A DNA stretch of 64,000 nucleotides from Mobula hypostoma (taxonomy: Eukaryota). The stretch is from assembly GCF_963921235.1 (NCBI RefSeq), contig NC_086117.1, positions 45,880,001 to 45,944,000 of the forward strand. The letters are read 5' to 3'. The position numbers were made by a program, and so were the translations under genes. Numbering within the stretch: position 1 is the first letter of the stretch; each line of letters opens with the position of its first letter. Positions 1-13,455 of the stretch are shown here, in pieces. Below the pieces are notes generated by a model. That model was not told where the DNA came from. It ran no database searches and was given only the letters and a program-made list of their open reading frames with translations.

Positions 1-522
1 GAAATATCTGCCATATTTGCCAAAGTAACAAAAATCAAGTCATTGAACAATAGGTGGTAGGCAGGGAGGGTGGGTTACAAGACTCCGAAGCAGGTTAATA
101 CAGGCTACATTATCGAGTGAGAGGTTTGACATTCCTGGAAAATGGGCTGTATCACATCCTTTCCATAACCCGAAGTCAAGTGAATCCCACGCCAGCTACA
201 TCCCTCCAACCATTCGCTTCTTGAACCAACCAGCAAGACCCTAATCACTACAATCAGCAATAGTTTGACCACTTTGCACTAAAATGGACGTTTTTGTTCT
301 AATTGTGTATTCTTGTTTGAATGTGTATAACTTATGTTTAATTTATGTTTTACTTGTTTGATGCCACGTGCCTGCGCTGCTGTTGAAAGATTTTCATTGA
401 ACCTTTGTTTACTTGTACTCGTGGATGTGACGATAAACCTCAACTTTGGCTTTAGACGCATCAAGGACTGCAAATTGAAAAAAAGAAAACTAAACCTAGT
501 GTCGATTTATTTGCGAATTTAT

Positions 523-575
523 TCATACAAATTCTGCGAGAGAGAATTTTATTTTGTATCTCCAATTTGTGAATT
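523..575 (-). CDS. C8G: Candidate C8G terminal exon 7 (EFTNWRYKIKFSLAEFV*)
   Basis: Good acceptor tttgtctttacag, phase compatible, AATAAA hexamers at and just after the stop; peptide itself not recognisable. Confidence 0.5.
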
Positions 576-3500
576 CTGTAAAGACAAATTTCTGGAATTG
601 AAATGGCCGTAAGGCAGAGGGTCACCTGTATAAGGCAAGCAATAGTTTGAGCACCTGAAGCACAAAGAAGCGAATGGAGCCAAGTTGGTGATAAGGGTGA
701 TGTCTGGCAATGGCATATTGCATTGTATTTGTTGGTCATGGAATGCACGAGGAAGTGTTCAATAAGCTGGAGTAACTCACCAAGTTGATGAAACTCATCA
801 GCGGCATCACAGAACCCTGTAAAAGAGTACAGAGAGTCAATGTTATGCCTGTCACAGGGGCGGTGTCCCACTGCCTATCAAAGTCCATTAAGAAAGATTA
901 TTACAGAACCAATTGGTGGGAGTTGGTCAGATTTTTTTTTGCTGGATGCTGTACTGGGGAGTACAATGAAGAAGGGAAAGGAAATAGTGCAACGTTGCAG
1001 GATTTGGGGATAGAGGATCAGAAAGGTGTAGGATGGACAAGGGTAAGATATAAGCACAGTAAGATGGAGACAATGAGATAGAGAGGTAGGATACAGGACA
1101 GGAGAGCTAATACAGAGAGAAGGAAGGAGAACGGTAGGATGGAAGGGGAAGTTAAAGAAGGAATGGTAAGGACAACTGGGATAAGTGATTGTTGGAGGAG
1201 TGTAGGGGCGGAGGAAGATGAGCAGCATGGAAGGGAATACTGTAGACTGGTGAGACGAAAGGATGAAATGGTGGGATGTTGCAGTGGTAAAATGGAGGAC
1301 TGCAGGGACGGAATTGCTAATAGGTGCCCGGGATAATTTTCCAGAGCAATATGTTCCTAACCTAACAAAGGAGGAATATTACTGAACCTAGTTCTGAAGA
1401 GAGGTGGGTTAAGCACACCAAGATTGTTCAGGGAACATTTAAGAAATAGTGACTGTGACATCACAATATTTCGGTTAGCAATAGAAAAGGAGGAGCAAAC
1501 CAGAATAAAAATCCTACACTTGAGGAAAGCTCACTTTAATGAGAAGGATCTGGCTCAGGTTAATAGAAACTGAAAGTAAACAGGCTTAGCAGAGCAATGG
1601 GCTACAGTTGAGACACATGTCCATGTAAAGTCAAAGAAGAGCAAACACAGAGGAAGGGAAGCATAAAAAGGCACGTGTGAAAATTGTTGCGTTATATATA
1701 CTAATGCGAATCAGAGAAGAGAAAACTAAGATAAGAGACTAAAGGAGAACAAATGAGGAAAAAGGAAATAAAATGCTGGAAGAATCTGTGGAAGGAGAAA
1801 CCGGTCAACATTTCAGGTCAAAGACCTTTCATTAGTGTTCTGATTCTGTCAGAGTGGACCTCTAGGTACCCAAAGCTTTTCTGCCACCAAGAATGGTTTG
1901 GGATGTTACCCATTCCGTTGTATCCAACTCTAAAGAATTACCAAAGCATCCATCAGGTTGAACTCCATCTACCACCCTAAAGCATTCACTTTCTCCACCA
2001 CTGCTGCATCGTGGTTGCAGAGTGATATCACCCATAAAATGTAATGCAGTTACTCCTTCAGGCTGCTCCTGCAACTCCCGTCCAAAACACGGGTCCTCGG
2101 CCTCCGAGGAAGAGGGCCGGAGGTGCAGAGGAACTCTGTCACCTGCAAGTTTCCATTCGCTCGTCAATCCCGGGTCAAAATCTTGGAGCTCCCTCACCCA
2201 CAGCTCTGTGGAAGCACCTTCACCAGGAGGAGTACGATGAGTCAACAAGCCAGCTCACTACTGCCCTCTGAAGGAAAACGAAGGATGGGCAGTAAATGCT
2301 GGTCTTGCCAGTGACACCCGCATCCCAAAATAAACAATATCTCTTGTCAATTTCTTCATTGTTGCCATATCTATGCAACTGATCCATCGTTCACTCATTT
2401 TAATTCACACCCATTTCTTAATGGTCAAACTGTAAGAAATTCCTTCCGTCTGGCCCACTCAGCTTTAATCATCAATCCTGTGAGTCAGTTAAGAGAAGGG
2501 GGAAGTTCTTTTTCCACCTATATTTTATTTCCATCCCCTTTCATTCCATCTAGATTAAGGATATGGCTCCAGAGACACAAAGGACTATAATATGGAGCAA
2601 AAAGCAACTACTGGAGGAAGTCGGGATGAAAGGAAATGTTAAACAGAAGAGGTGCCGGAAATCCAGAGTAACACATACAAGTTGCTGGAGGAGCCCAGCA
2701 GGTCACACAGAATCTATGGAAAGCAATAAACAGTGCATATTTTGCTCCTGATGAAGGGACTCAGCCTGAAACATTGGCTTTTATTCCCTTCCATAAATGC
2801 TGTTTGACCTACTGAGTTCCTCCAGTATTTTGGAAAAGAAATGTTGATACTTTCAGTCACGGCTGTGGATCAGGGATTCACTTTGTCCTCATCTCCCACC
2901 CTGCCAATGTCCAACTTCAACAGATCGTCTGCTTTTTCCACCATCTTCAACGGGATTGCATCACAGGGCACATGCCTCTCTCCTCCTCTTTCCTCATTCC
3001 AAAGGGGACCATGCTCTTTCAGCTCCCGAGCTTGATGTTCCATTTCCACTAACTACTCCTCTTCCCACTTCCTTATCCAAAGCAATTACCGGAAATTCAG
3101 CACCTGTCCTTTCAGCTAGCCTCCTCAAACATGGGATCAAACACTCCCAGTTGAAGCAGCATCCCAATATAGCATACTGTATTCAATCTGTGCTAAAGAA
3201 GCTGTTGATTTCTCAACTTTTCCATTTTCATTTCTACATAAGACATAGGGCCAGAATCAGGCCACTCAGCCCATCGACTCTGCTTCACCATTCAGTCACG
3301 GCTCCTCTATCCACAGATGCTACCTGACATGCTGAGAATGGCCAGTTTTCCTGTTTTTATACCTTACTCTTGTTTCTACGAGAGAGAAAAACACAAGCAA
3401 CACACACAAAATGCTGGTGAACGCAGCAGGCCAGGCAGCATCTCTAGGAAAAGGTACAGTCAACGTTTCGGGCCGAGACCCTTCGTCAGGACTAACTGAA

Positions 3501-6500
3501 AGAAGAGGTAGTGAGAGATTTGAAAGTGGGAGGGTGAGAGGGAGGTCCGAAATGATAGGAGAAGACAGGAGGGGAGAGATGGAGCCAAGAGCTGGAGGAG
3601 AGAAAGGATCAAGGGAAGGGAAGCCTGGGGAGAAAGAGAAGGGGGAAGAGGAGCCCAGAGGGTGGAGAGCAGGCAAGGAGTTATAGTGAGAGGGACAGAG
3701 GGGGAAAAAGAGAGAGAGAAAAAAAAGGAGGAAAAAAATTAAAAATATATTAAATAAATAAATAAGGGATGGGGTGTGAAGGGGAGGAGGGGCATTAGCG
3801 GAAGTTAGAGAAGTCAATATTCATGCCATCAGGTTGGAGGCTACCCAGACAGAATATAAGGTTCTGTTCCTCCAACCTGAGTGTAGCTTCATCTTGACAG
3901 TAGAGGAGGCCGTGGATAGACATATCAGAATGGGAATGGGATGTGGAATTGAAATATGTGGCCACTGGGAGATCTTGCTTTCTCTGGTGAACAGAGCTTA
4001 AGAAAAACACGGTTAGTTTATTTAAAAGACAGACTTATCATTGGGATGATTCTAACCATATTGAGGGAACGCGTAGATGAATATTTCTGGGATGTTGTTG
4101 CTGGTAGCAAGTTGTTGAAACTTGGTCTCTACAGCTTCATCGACATTAGAGGTTCTCCCTGGAAACAGAAAAAGAAATTATTATTGTGAATGGAAATCAC
4201 ACAGTCCGCCTCTACTCTGTGCTTTTCTTATACCTAATTAGTTCTGTATCTGTCCTGACAGTGTTTGATGGGATAACAGAAGAATGCTTCACTCTGTGCT
4301 TAAGCTGTGTTCCGCTCCATACAGTGGGACCTTATGTCCTCCATCTAGCCCACCTTACACCTGATTTGTCATTCGGAATTCACCATTTCATGAGTGTTGA
4401 CACCTCTCACTCTAACTAGCACAAAATTCAGAAAAGTAATGAAAAGTAGTTTGAGGTCCATGTCAGTGTGTACCCAGGTTTGGGATTCATGGTTTTCCTC
4501 TAACACATTCTTTACCCACCATAGAGTTTGACAGTGATTTTCCGTCTTTGCTGAAAGAAGAGTATTGCGTAATTGGTGTAGTCTGTTTCACCGACCACAA
4601 TGTCAGTGGTCAGTCCCCGATCTGCAGAGTGAAGCAAAAAGACACATTCAGGTTGTTAATTCCTCAAATTCTACGTAAGATAATAATGCTGAATTTTGGG
4701 ACAGACTGTCAAACCTGACTGTTTTTGAGCAACTCCTAGTATACGCTCCATCTGAACGATGAACAGTGTAGCCCCAATGGAGACTGACTACTCAGCCTAT
4801 TGGAGTCAGCCAAATGGCTCACTCATCAGCCCAGTTATGCAAACTCCTTTCATTGCAACTTCACCTGCAATATTTCTTTTGTGAAATAGTGCTACAAATT
4901 ATGACCAGCCAGTAGTCACACTTGGAGCAATCATAATCTATTACCAGCTGTAGTCAAGAACTCTCAAAGATCAGAGTCTCCACCATCCTTTGTTTCCAGG
5001 CACAACCACACAGTGAGCATGATCTACATCCCACCACCCACCTAAAACAACTCCTGCCCAACACCATCCCCAGCCCCAACCTCTCCATCAGAACCCCTGG
5101 CCCCAATACCTCCATCCCTCCAGTGGTATTGATCTCTGATCAAATCCATAGCCTCGACTCACCATTGTATACCCAATTCCTGAATAATTGTCCATTCCAC
5201 CTCACCATCACAGCCTCCTACACCCTGACACCTCCCTAGCCACAATCCCAAACTACATCCCTGCCCCAAAATCCTGACCACTTCCACATTGATCCCTGTT
5301 CCACAACTTGAGACCCTCCTGGATCTCCAATCAGTCTCTGACGCCCTCATGTGCCCAGTCACCAGAGCCTGCTCTCACCTTGGATGCTACGTTTTCTTGA
5401 CCCAGCTGATCCCCAGAGCACTGGTGCATCTTTAGCTCCAAGGATGCTCAACATCTTTTGGTTCACAGCAACATCCCTGAGGTTTTCATCAATACATCAC
5501 TCAGTGCTGAAACTAATTTGAAATCTGCTCCCTTGGACTTTTGACAGTTTGCATCTAAACTCTTCAGGAACTTAAACTTAGCTTTATAAAATCTTATTTC
5601 AACTTCTCTGCTCTAAGGAAAACAACTGAAAGTTTTCTCAACCCTGACTGGAAACCCTCACTCTGTCCTAGGGTACTAAGGCTCCTCCGTGCTCCTCCAA
5701 ATCCTTCAAGGTGTCAGAAATGGGCGTCTTTCAGTTCTGTGTAACCACCTGACTTTTACACCTTCACTTTACCTGTTGCTTTTGATTTCTCCCATAATTT
5801 CTTGGTTTGCCCAATGACAATGAGAAAAGGGATAGAGTCAACAGCTTTACGGGATGGCAAAGAGAGTCAGCATCAGGGGAGTGTTGGGGAGGGGGGTATG
5901 AATGTCAGCATCTTTAACGATGGAGTGAGTTCATCATGGGGTTCAATAGACAATAGACAATAGGTGCAGGAGTAGGTCATTGGGCCCTTCGAGCCAGCAC
6001 CGCAGGAATGAGGGATATTGCCAATGCCTCACACAGTACGTTGGGAGAAGATGAGCACCAGCTCTTGTTGTGGAAGAGGGTGAGCAACTACAGGGAAGAA
6101 TTAGCTCCAGTCCTTGAAGGGAGAGGGAGCTGAGGGAAGTGGGAATGGGTCTGTAGTTTAAGGGAAAATAGATGAATAGGAGGAGATTAACATCAGAGGA
6201 AGGAGCATCGGCCCTTCAAAGGAGGAATATAAAATTGTCACTTCAGGGGAGGGTTTGAGAGCATGAGTGAGGAGACATGACATTCACTTATTCAAAGGGG
6301 AGGAATGGAGGTCTAAATGACTGAGTGTGGAAGAGAAGAAAATCAGCTTCAAGAAGGAAAGGGAAAATCATATCAGTCTTTGGGGACAGAGAAAGAGGGT
6401 CGACAATCTTAAGGATGTGATACAAACACAGTGTGTTTAGTGGCTGGAGAGAAACCTTCAAGGGAGGAGGATGAGGTTGGAGATCAGTGGAAGGGAGATG

Positions 6501-9500
6501 GCACTGAAGGAAAGTGGAGAACAGATCTCTGGGGGAGGGTGGGGGCGACAGGAACGCGGATGGCAGCTCTCCATACCCTCTCATCCATGTACCCATCCAA
6601 ACTTCTCTTAAACATTGAAATCGAGCTCTCATGCACCACTTGTGCTGGCAGCTCGTTCCACACTCTCATCTCCCTCTGAGTGAAGAAGTTCCCCCTCATG
6701 TTCCCCTTAAGCATCTCACATTTCACGATTAACCCATGACCTCTAGTTGTTGTCCCACCCAACCTCAGTGGAAAAAAGCCTGCTTGCATTTACCCTATCT
6801 ATACCCCTCATAATTTTGTATACCTCTATCAAATCTCCCCTCAATCTTCTACGTTTCAAGGAATAAAGTCCTAACCTATTTATTCTTTCCTTATTACTCA
6901 GGTCCTCCAATCCCGACTACATCCTTGTAAATTTTCTCTGTACTCTTTCCACCTTATTTACATTTTTCCTGTCGATGGGACACTACTCCAAATTAGGCCT
7001 CACCAATATCTTAAACAACTTCAACATAACATCCTATCTCCTGTACTCAATACTTTGATTTATAAGGCCAATGTGCCAAAAGCTTTCTTTTTGACCCTAT
7101 CCATCTGTGCTGCCACTTTCAATTAATTATGGACCTGTATTCCCAGATCACTTTGTTCTACCACATTGACTTTGCTTCACACATAGGTTACCATTCTGAT
7201 CTTCCAGGGGACCAGTTTTGTCTCTTGCAATCCTTTTGCTCTTAATATATCTGTAGAATCCCTTAGGATTCTCGCTCACTTTGTCTGCTGGGCAATCTTA
7301 TACCTCCTTTTAGCCCTCCTGATATTTTTCTTAAGTGTTCTCTTGCAATTCTTCTACTCCATAAGTACCTCATTTGTTCCTATCTGCTATGCACTTCCTT
7401 CTTTTTCTTAACCAGGGCCTTAATATCTCTTGAAAATCAAGGTCCCCTAAACCTATTATCTTTACCTTTTATTCTGATAGGCACATACAAACTTTGTACT
7501 CTCAAAATTTCAACTTTGAAGACCTCCCACTTACCAAGTACACCTTTGCCAGGAAACAGCCTGTCCCAATCTACACTCGCCACATCCTTTCCGATACCAT
7601 CAAAATTGGCCTTTCTCCAATTTAGAATTTCAACCTGGGACTATCTTTTTCCTTTTCTACTTTGAAACTAATGCCACTGTGATCACTAGATGCAAAGTAT
7701 TCCCTGACACAAACCTTGGTCACCTGCCCTGTCTCATTCCCTAAAAGGAGATCAAGTATCACAGACTCTCTCATTGGGACTTCTACGTACTGATTAACAA
7801 AACTTTTTTGAACACATTTGACAAAGTCTATCCCATCTTGTCTTTTCACAGTAATGGAATTTCAATCAATATAGTTAGTATCACCTACAATAACAACCTT
7901 GTTTGTTGCAACAGTCTCTACAAATTTGTTCCTCTAAACCCTGCAAACTGTTGGGTGGTCTATAATATAACCCTATTAATTTGGTCATACGTTTCTTATT
8001 CCTCAGTTCCACCCATATAGCCTCACTAGATGAATTCTCCAGTCTGTCCTGACTGAGCACTGCCATGACAATTTTCCTTGACTAGTAATGCCACCCCTTC
8101 CCTTTAATCCTTCCCACTCTGTCACTTCTAAAACAACAGAATCCTGGAATATTGAGTTGCCAGTCCTGCACCCTCCTGCAACCAAGTCTCACTAAAGGCT
8201 ACAATATCATAATTCCAGGTGTTGATCCATGCCCTGAGCTCATCAGCCTTTCCTACAATACCTCTTGCTTTGAAATATACGCAGCTCAGGGCACTGGTTG
8301 TACCATGCTCAGCTTTTTGATTCCTAGCTTTGTCTAAGGTCTTATCAACATCTGTCTCCATAACCTCTCCACCAACTATTCTGGTACTCTAGTTCCCATC
8401 CTTCTGCAGCTCCAGTTTAAACCACCCCATGCAGCACCAGCAAACCTTCCTGCTAGGATATTAGACCATTCCAATTCAGGTGCAAACCGTCCCTTCTGTA
8501 CAGGTCCCACCTTCCCTGGTAGAGAGCTCAATGATCCAAAAATCTGATGGCCTCCCTCCTACACCAACTCCTTAGCCACGTGTTAAACTGTATGATCTTC
8601 CTATTTCTGACTCAGTAGCATGTGGCATGGGTAGCAATCCCGAGATCACAACCCTGGAAGTCCCATCCTTTAACTGAGCACCTAACTCCCTGAACTCACT
8701 TTACAGAACCTCATCACCTTCCTACCCATGTCATTGGTGCCTACATGGACCATGACCTTTGGCTGCTCACCCTCCTATTTGAGAATGCTGAGGACTCGAT
8801 CCAAGATGTCCCAGACCCTGGCACCCAGGAGGCAGCATTCCATCCAGGAATCTCATTCTTGTCCGCAGAACCTCCTTTCTGTTCCCCTAACTAATGAATC
8901 CCATATAACCAAAGCTCTCCTCTTCTCTCCCTTTTCTTCTGAGTCACAGAGCCAAAGTCAGTGCTGAGGATCTGACCACTGTGACTTTCCTCTACTACGT
9001 CATTTCCTCCACCTGCTCCAAACGGTCTCCAAAGTGATATACTTTGTTGTTATTGAGAGGGACGGCCACAGGGTTACTCTGCACTGGCTGTTTAGCCTCT
9101 TTCCCCTTCCTGACTGTCACTCAGTCTCCTGTACCTCTCTATATGTCCTAACTACCACTCCGTCAGCCTCCTGAATGATCCAGCGTTCATTCAGTTCCAG
9201 CTCCAACTCCTTCACACTTCACCGTTCACGAGAGGAGCATAAAGTGAGTATGAAGAAAGAAAAAGGAGAGAGTTAACTCTCTGGCGGTGAGGGGGCAGAA
9301 GCACAGCCCTTCAGGGCATGAGGAGCAAATGGGACACGTGCGCTGGGGGGGAGAGGAGTCAGCACTTTCAGGGTAGGAGGGTAGGGAGTCAGTCCAATGA
9401 GGGTGGGGACAAGGCCAAGCATTTTCAGGGGATCTGGGAGAGAGGCAGCAGCTGTGCAGGCTGAGTGCCTCCTGGGGAAATGAGAGGAATGAAATATTAT

Positions 9501-12500
9501 AAGGTGACAACGATTTCACAAACTTTTCCTTGAGAATCGCCCTGGGGTCACAGCCTTCTTGTAGTCTTGCTTAATGTTCCAACAGATCCCATCCCTGGGA
9601 GAAAGAGAAGAGAATATTGAGTACATTTCATTGTGTTGCATGTTGGAAACTGATTCTTTGTCCAACTCAGAAACTGCACAGAGATGTCTTGATTTTACCT
9701 TTATCTTGACTTTGCAGAGACTGATAACGGTAGGACATAAACAATGATTGGTAGGGCCCTAGGGAGTACCAAGGAACAGAAGGACCTTAGTGCATGTCCA
9801 ATGATCCCTGAAGGTAGCAACAAAGGTCGATACTGTAAAATGGTAGAGAAGGTATATAGGGATAATCCTCTTCATTACATGAGACAGAAAATATAAGAAC
9901 AAGGAGATTATTGTGCATCTAAATAAATTATTGGCCAGGCCACAGCTCAAATGCCCTATGCAGTTCTGGTAGTCATACTATGGGAAGGATTGAGTGCAGA
10001 GGATGCAGCCTGGGATGGAGTGTTTCAGTTAAGAGGAAAGATTGGACAGGCTGGGAAGGTGAGACGTAAAACCATAAGACAGGAGCTGAATTTGGCCACT
10101 TGGCCCATTGAGTCTATGCTGCCATTCAATCATGACTGATTTATTTTCCCTCTCCAACCCACTCTGGTTCAGAGGTCCATGAGAAAGAACTTTTGCTCTG
10201 CCTAGGTGAGTGGTGGAGGCAAGGGTTTTATGTGAGCGCTTGAATTGCCACAAACAGAAGGCTACAGAGCCAGTGCTGATAAGTAAAGATGTTACCTTAA
10301 TGGTCAACCTGTACATAACATGACTCTCTGAAGTGTCAAAAACAAAACTTGTCAAGTTGACTGCTGCGACCATGGTTTCCAATTTGGAGAGGTGTCTGAC
10401 GAGAGCAGGAGGCTCGACTCCCAACCAATCAGAGCAAGGGGCCCAACTTCCATCCGGTGGGAGCAAGGGATCTGACTCCCATCCAATGGAAATGATAAAC
10501 ACAAAATGTTGGAGAAACGGCAGGTCAGGCAGTGGAGGGAAATGAATAGTTGAATTTCCAGGCTGAGACCCTTCAAAAGGACTGAAAAGAACGGGGGCAG
10601 AATCCAGAATAAAAGGGTGGGGAGAAGTAGGAGGAGCATGAGCAAGCAGGTGATAGGTGAATCCAGGGGAAAGGGGGAAAGTGGGAAGGTGGGGTGGGGT
10701 GGGGGGGGGGGGAAATTGGCCGACCATTTTAATTCCATTTCCCACTCCCACACTGATATGTCTGTCCACTGCCTCCTCTGCTGACAAATTCAGGCAAGAT
10801 GCAGATTAGAGAACAACATCTTGGTAGTCTCCAACCCGATGGCAATTTTTTCTAATTTCCAGTAACCGCTCCCATTCTCTCCTCCCTCCTTCTTATCCCT
10901 CTGATCTCTTTAGCCTTTCTCTTTTCCCTCCCTGCCTCCACGACCTGTCCATCACCCACACCTTCCTCCTTCTGGTCAACCACCTCCCTCCCTTTATTCC
11001 GTAGCCAAGTGTCGTCATCTATCAGATTCTATCTAATTCAGCCCCTTGCCTCTTTCGCCTATCTCCACCCAGCTTCTTCCATCAATTTCCCCCTTCTCAA
11101 ACGTACCTAACTTCACCCCCTCCTCTAGATTCACCTATCACCTAGCTCCTGCTGCTCTCTCTTTCACCGCCCTTTTGTTTTGGCTTCTAGCCCATTTCTT
11201 TCCAGTCCCGATGGAAGGTCTCGGCCCGAAATATCAATTGTTCGTTTCTCTGTATAGATGCTGCCTGACCTGCTGCAATCCCCCAGTATTTTGTGTGTGT
11301 TTCCCTGGATTTGCACCATTTGTGGTCTCTGCTGTGCTTCCATCCAGAGAAATTGGTCAGGGGAGCAGGATTGGGAAATTGGCAGAGAAAAATACTTGGT
11401 TACGCTCACATTTTGCGGAGCGTGTTGATACGCATGTCTTCAGTCTGATCGCTCACTCGCATAGTAACCGCTTCCAGATTGTGGTTATTTGTTTTCAGAT
11501 ACGAACATTGCGATCCAACAGCAATGAGGCGCCACACCTGTAATCTAAAATAAAACATCACATCAAGCAGTCCCAGGGCAGGAATGTTATGGGTTAATTA
11601 CAGAGTGAAGCTTGCTCTGCACTCTGTATTCAAACATTCCCACTGCAGGAAAAGAAAGAGTCAGTGAAAATCAAACTCCCCGCACCATCCCAATGACCTT
11701 AAATTGTGTCCTTCCCCGTCCCCACAAGAATTGCTTATTTCTCCATTCTAAGTAATCCTAATATTCTGAGAATTTGCTGTAGCAAAGCATCTTAGAACAC
11801 CTCAATTCCCCATTCTGGCTCCCCACTTCCCCTTCCGTTCTTGTCACCTCCCTCTGGTGCCCCCCTGTGGTATTTTGTGTTTGTTACCTGAAATTAAATC
11901 TCCTCTTTCCGTTGTATGCCCTGCGGTGAATGGTCTTAGCTCCTGCAGGCTGTTCGTGCAACTGAAATTCCTCCGCCTTTCTAATAGATGTTTTTGTGCT
12001 GTCAGTCTCCATTAATGAAGCCAAAGATCCCAACTGCTATTTTGATAGTTTTCTCAATCTATTTCAGACATACAAATAACCTTAGGTCTATTTCAGCTTC
12101 TCTTTCAGAATTGTATTATTTAGTGTAAGATGCCTCTCCTCATTCAGTCCACCAAAATACCACACTTCACATCACTCTGTATTAAATACAATCTGCTATT
12201 TGACTATCCACTTTGGCAGCCTTGGCTTCAACTTACTGGCAGAACTACTGTATCAGTCATCTGTAAAGGGTGAAAAATACAATTCTGCTGAGGAGAGTGA
12301 GTCAGGGGCTTGCCTCGCCAGTACGCTGATCACTCCACCATTAGAAAGTGTTGCAGTTAAAAGGTTTGCCATTACCTGCTGAATGTTAAAGTTTTGCTGA
12401 GCCTGGATCTTGTCAATTGGACTCTGGCCCCGTGCTCGCCGTCTCGCCGCACTGCCACTGGAAAGAAAAGTCAAACTTAACGTGAAAAGGAAGATCAGAT

Positions 12501-12513
12501 TGAAAGGCCCCAT
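523..12513 (-). CDS. C8G: Complement component C8 gamma chain (lipocalin), 7-exon spliced gene; exon 2 anomalous
   Basis: Hand-spliced protein MGPFNLIFLFTLSLTFLSSGSAARRRARGQSPIDKIQAQQNFNIQQ/..VWRLIAVGSQCSYLKTNNHNLEAVTMRVSDQTEDMRINTLRKM/DGICWNIKQDYKKAVTPGRFSRK/NRGLTTDIVVGETDYTNYAILFFQQRRKITVKLY/GRTSNVDEAVETKFQQLATSNNIPEIFIYAFPQY/GFCDAADEFHQL.. matches recalled human C8G motifs (SPISTIQPKANFDAQQ, AVGSAC, DGICW, ETDY, GFCEAADQFH); GT-AG introns with lipocalin phases 0,2,1,1,1,1. Confidence 0.92.
781..816 (-). CDS. C8G: C8G exon 6 (36 nt)
   Basis: tttacag|GG TTC TGT GAT GCC GCT GAT GAG TTT CAT CAA CTT G|gtgag = GFCDAADEFHQL. Confidence 0.9.
2670..3200. mobile_element. Degraded Penelope-like fragments
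   Basis: Degenerate ctgatgaaggg..ctgaaac terminal motif and eroded coding sequence of the same family. Confidence 0.5.
3385..3995 (-). mobile_element. Penelope-like element 3' fragment (GIY-YIG C-terminus + terminal repeat)
   Basis: ORF 3795-4010 ..DLPVATYFNSTSHSHSDM..LEEQNLIFCLGSLQPDGMNIDF; hammerhead motif at 3457-3494. Confidence 0.75.
4057..4158 (-). CDS. C8G: C8G exon 5 (102 nt)
   Basis: ttccag|GG AGA ACC...FPQY G|gttag. Confidence 0.9.
4520..4621 (-). CDS. C8G: C8G exon 4 (102 nt, TDY motif)
   Basis: ctgcag|...VVGETDYTNYAILF...VKLY G|gtgggt. Confidence 0.92.
6560..9220 (-). mobile_element. CR1-like LINE, degraded and internally deleted
   Basis: ORFs with GNFFTQR..VWNELP (3' end), LDLLLGNE and VAFSETWL (APE endonuclease), esterase-like ORF1 remnant at ~8450-9000. 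Confidence 0.85.
9524..9594 (-). CDS. C8G: C8G exon 3 (71 nt)
   Basis: cccag|G GAT GGG ATC TGT TGG = DGICW...GRFSRK, donor A|gtttgt. Confidence 0.9.
10490..11310. mobile_element. Penelope-like fragments in opposite orientations
   Basis: Terminal-repeat sequence on minus (10490-10700) and GIY-YIG tail + terminal repeat on plus (10720-11310). Confidence 0.6.
11410..11544 (-). CDS. C8G: C8G exon 2 (135 nt from upstream AG, out of frame; 128 nt and in frame from AG ending at 11538)
   Basis: Encodes WRLIAVGSQC (the Cys that links to C8 alpha in mammals); donor AT|gtgag in phase 2. Confidence 0.88.
12376..12513 (-). CDS. C8G: C8G exon 1 (138 nt, signal peptide + NF motif)
   Basis: ATG at 12513, hydrophobic signal, ends CAG|gtaat in phase 0. 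Confidence 0.92.
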
Positions 12514-12603
12514 GCTCTGGAGACAGTGAGTATATCTGCTGACTGGGCTGTTTGGAGTTACCAGCAGATAGAGCAATATTTACAATTGACAAGGTCCTCT
12601 TTG

Positions 12604-12616
12604 GTTTATCATTAAA
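12604..12616. promoter_or_regulatory. Putative HNF1 site in C8G proximal promoter
   Basis: GTTTATCATTAAA, 2 mismatches to GTTAATNATTAAC, ~90 nt upstream of the ATG of a liver plasma-protein gene. Confidence 0.45.
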
Positions 12617-12771
12617 TAAACGACAGCCTACAAGGTATACTTGAATTCTAGGCAAACCTCCTGCTCTGCAGAGCTAATAATGTAACCTTATTTGAGATTG
12701 ATTGTTACCTTCAAGCCCACCATCCTACCTTCCTGTCACCATATCCCTCAAGCTTATCTAGAAAGGCTGTT

Positions 12772-13455
12772 AATGGTGCTAGAAAGGTTGTGAACCCTGT
12801 AAAATTTTCTGTATAAACAGGACCTAAAATGTGATCAGATCTTCACATAAAAGAGAACCTAATTAAATGAATAACCCAAAAAACATCATACTTGTTCATT
12901 TATTTATTGAGAAAAATTATCTGATGTTACATGTATTTGTTGGAAAAAGTATGTGAACCTTTGCTTTCAGTAACTGGTGTAACCCCCTTGTACAGCAATA
13001 ACTTCAACCAGACATTTCCGGTAACTGTTGATCAGTCCTGCTTGCAGGAATTTTAGGCCGTTTCTCCTTACAAAACTGCTTCAGCTCTGGGATGTTGGTG
13101 TGCTTCCTTGCATGAACTGCTTGATTTGGATCCTTCCACAACATTTCGATAGGATTAAGATCAGGACTTTGACTCGGCCATTCCAAAACACAAATTTTCT
13201 TTGTTTTAACCTAGTCCATTGTTGATTTACTCTTGTCTTTCGGATCATTGTCTTGTTGCATTATCCAACTTCTACTAAGCTTCAGGTGACAGACTGTCAC
13301 CCTGGCATTCTCTGGAAAATGCCTTCATACAATTTTGAATTCATTGTTCCCTCAACAATTGCAAACTGTCCAGGCCCTGAGGCAGCAAAGCAGCTTCAAA
13401 CCACGATGCTCCTTCCACCGTGCTTCACAGCTGGGATGAGGTTTTGGTGTTGGTG
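12772..13455 (-). mobile_element. Tc1-type DNA transposon fragment directly upstream of C8G
   Basis: MEWPSQSPDLNPIEMLW transposase motif; terminal-repeat-like end near 12772. Confidence 0.85.

Noticed and set aside
10029-10787. 252-aa minus-strand ORF in a C8G intron
   Set aside because: Largely Penelope terminal-repeat and pyrimidine-rich sequence; no recognisable domain
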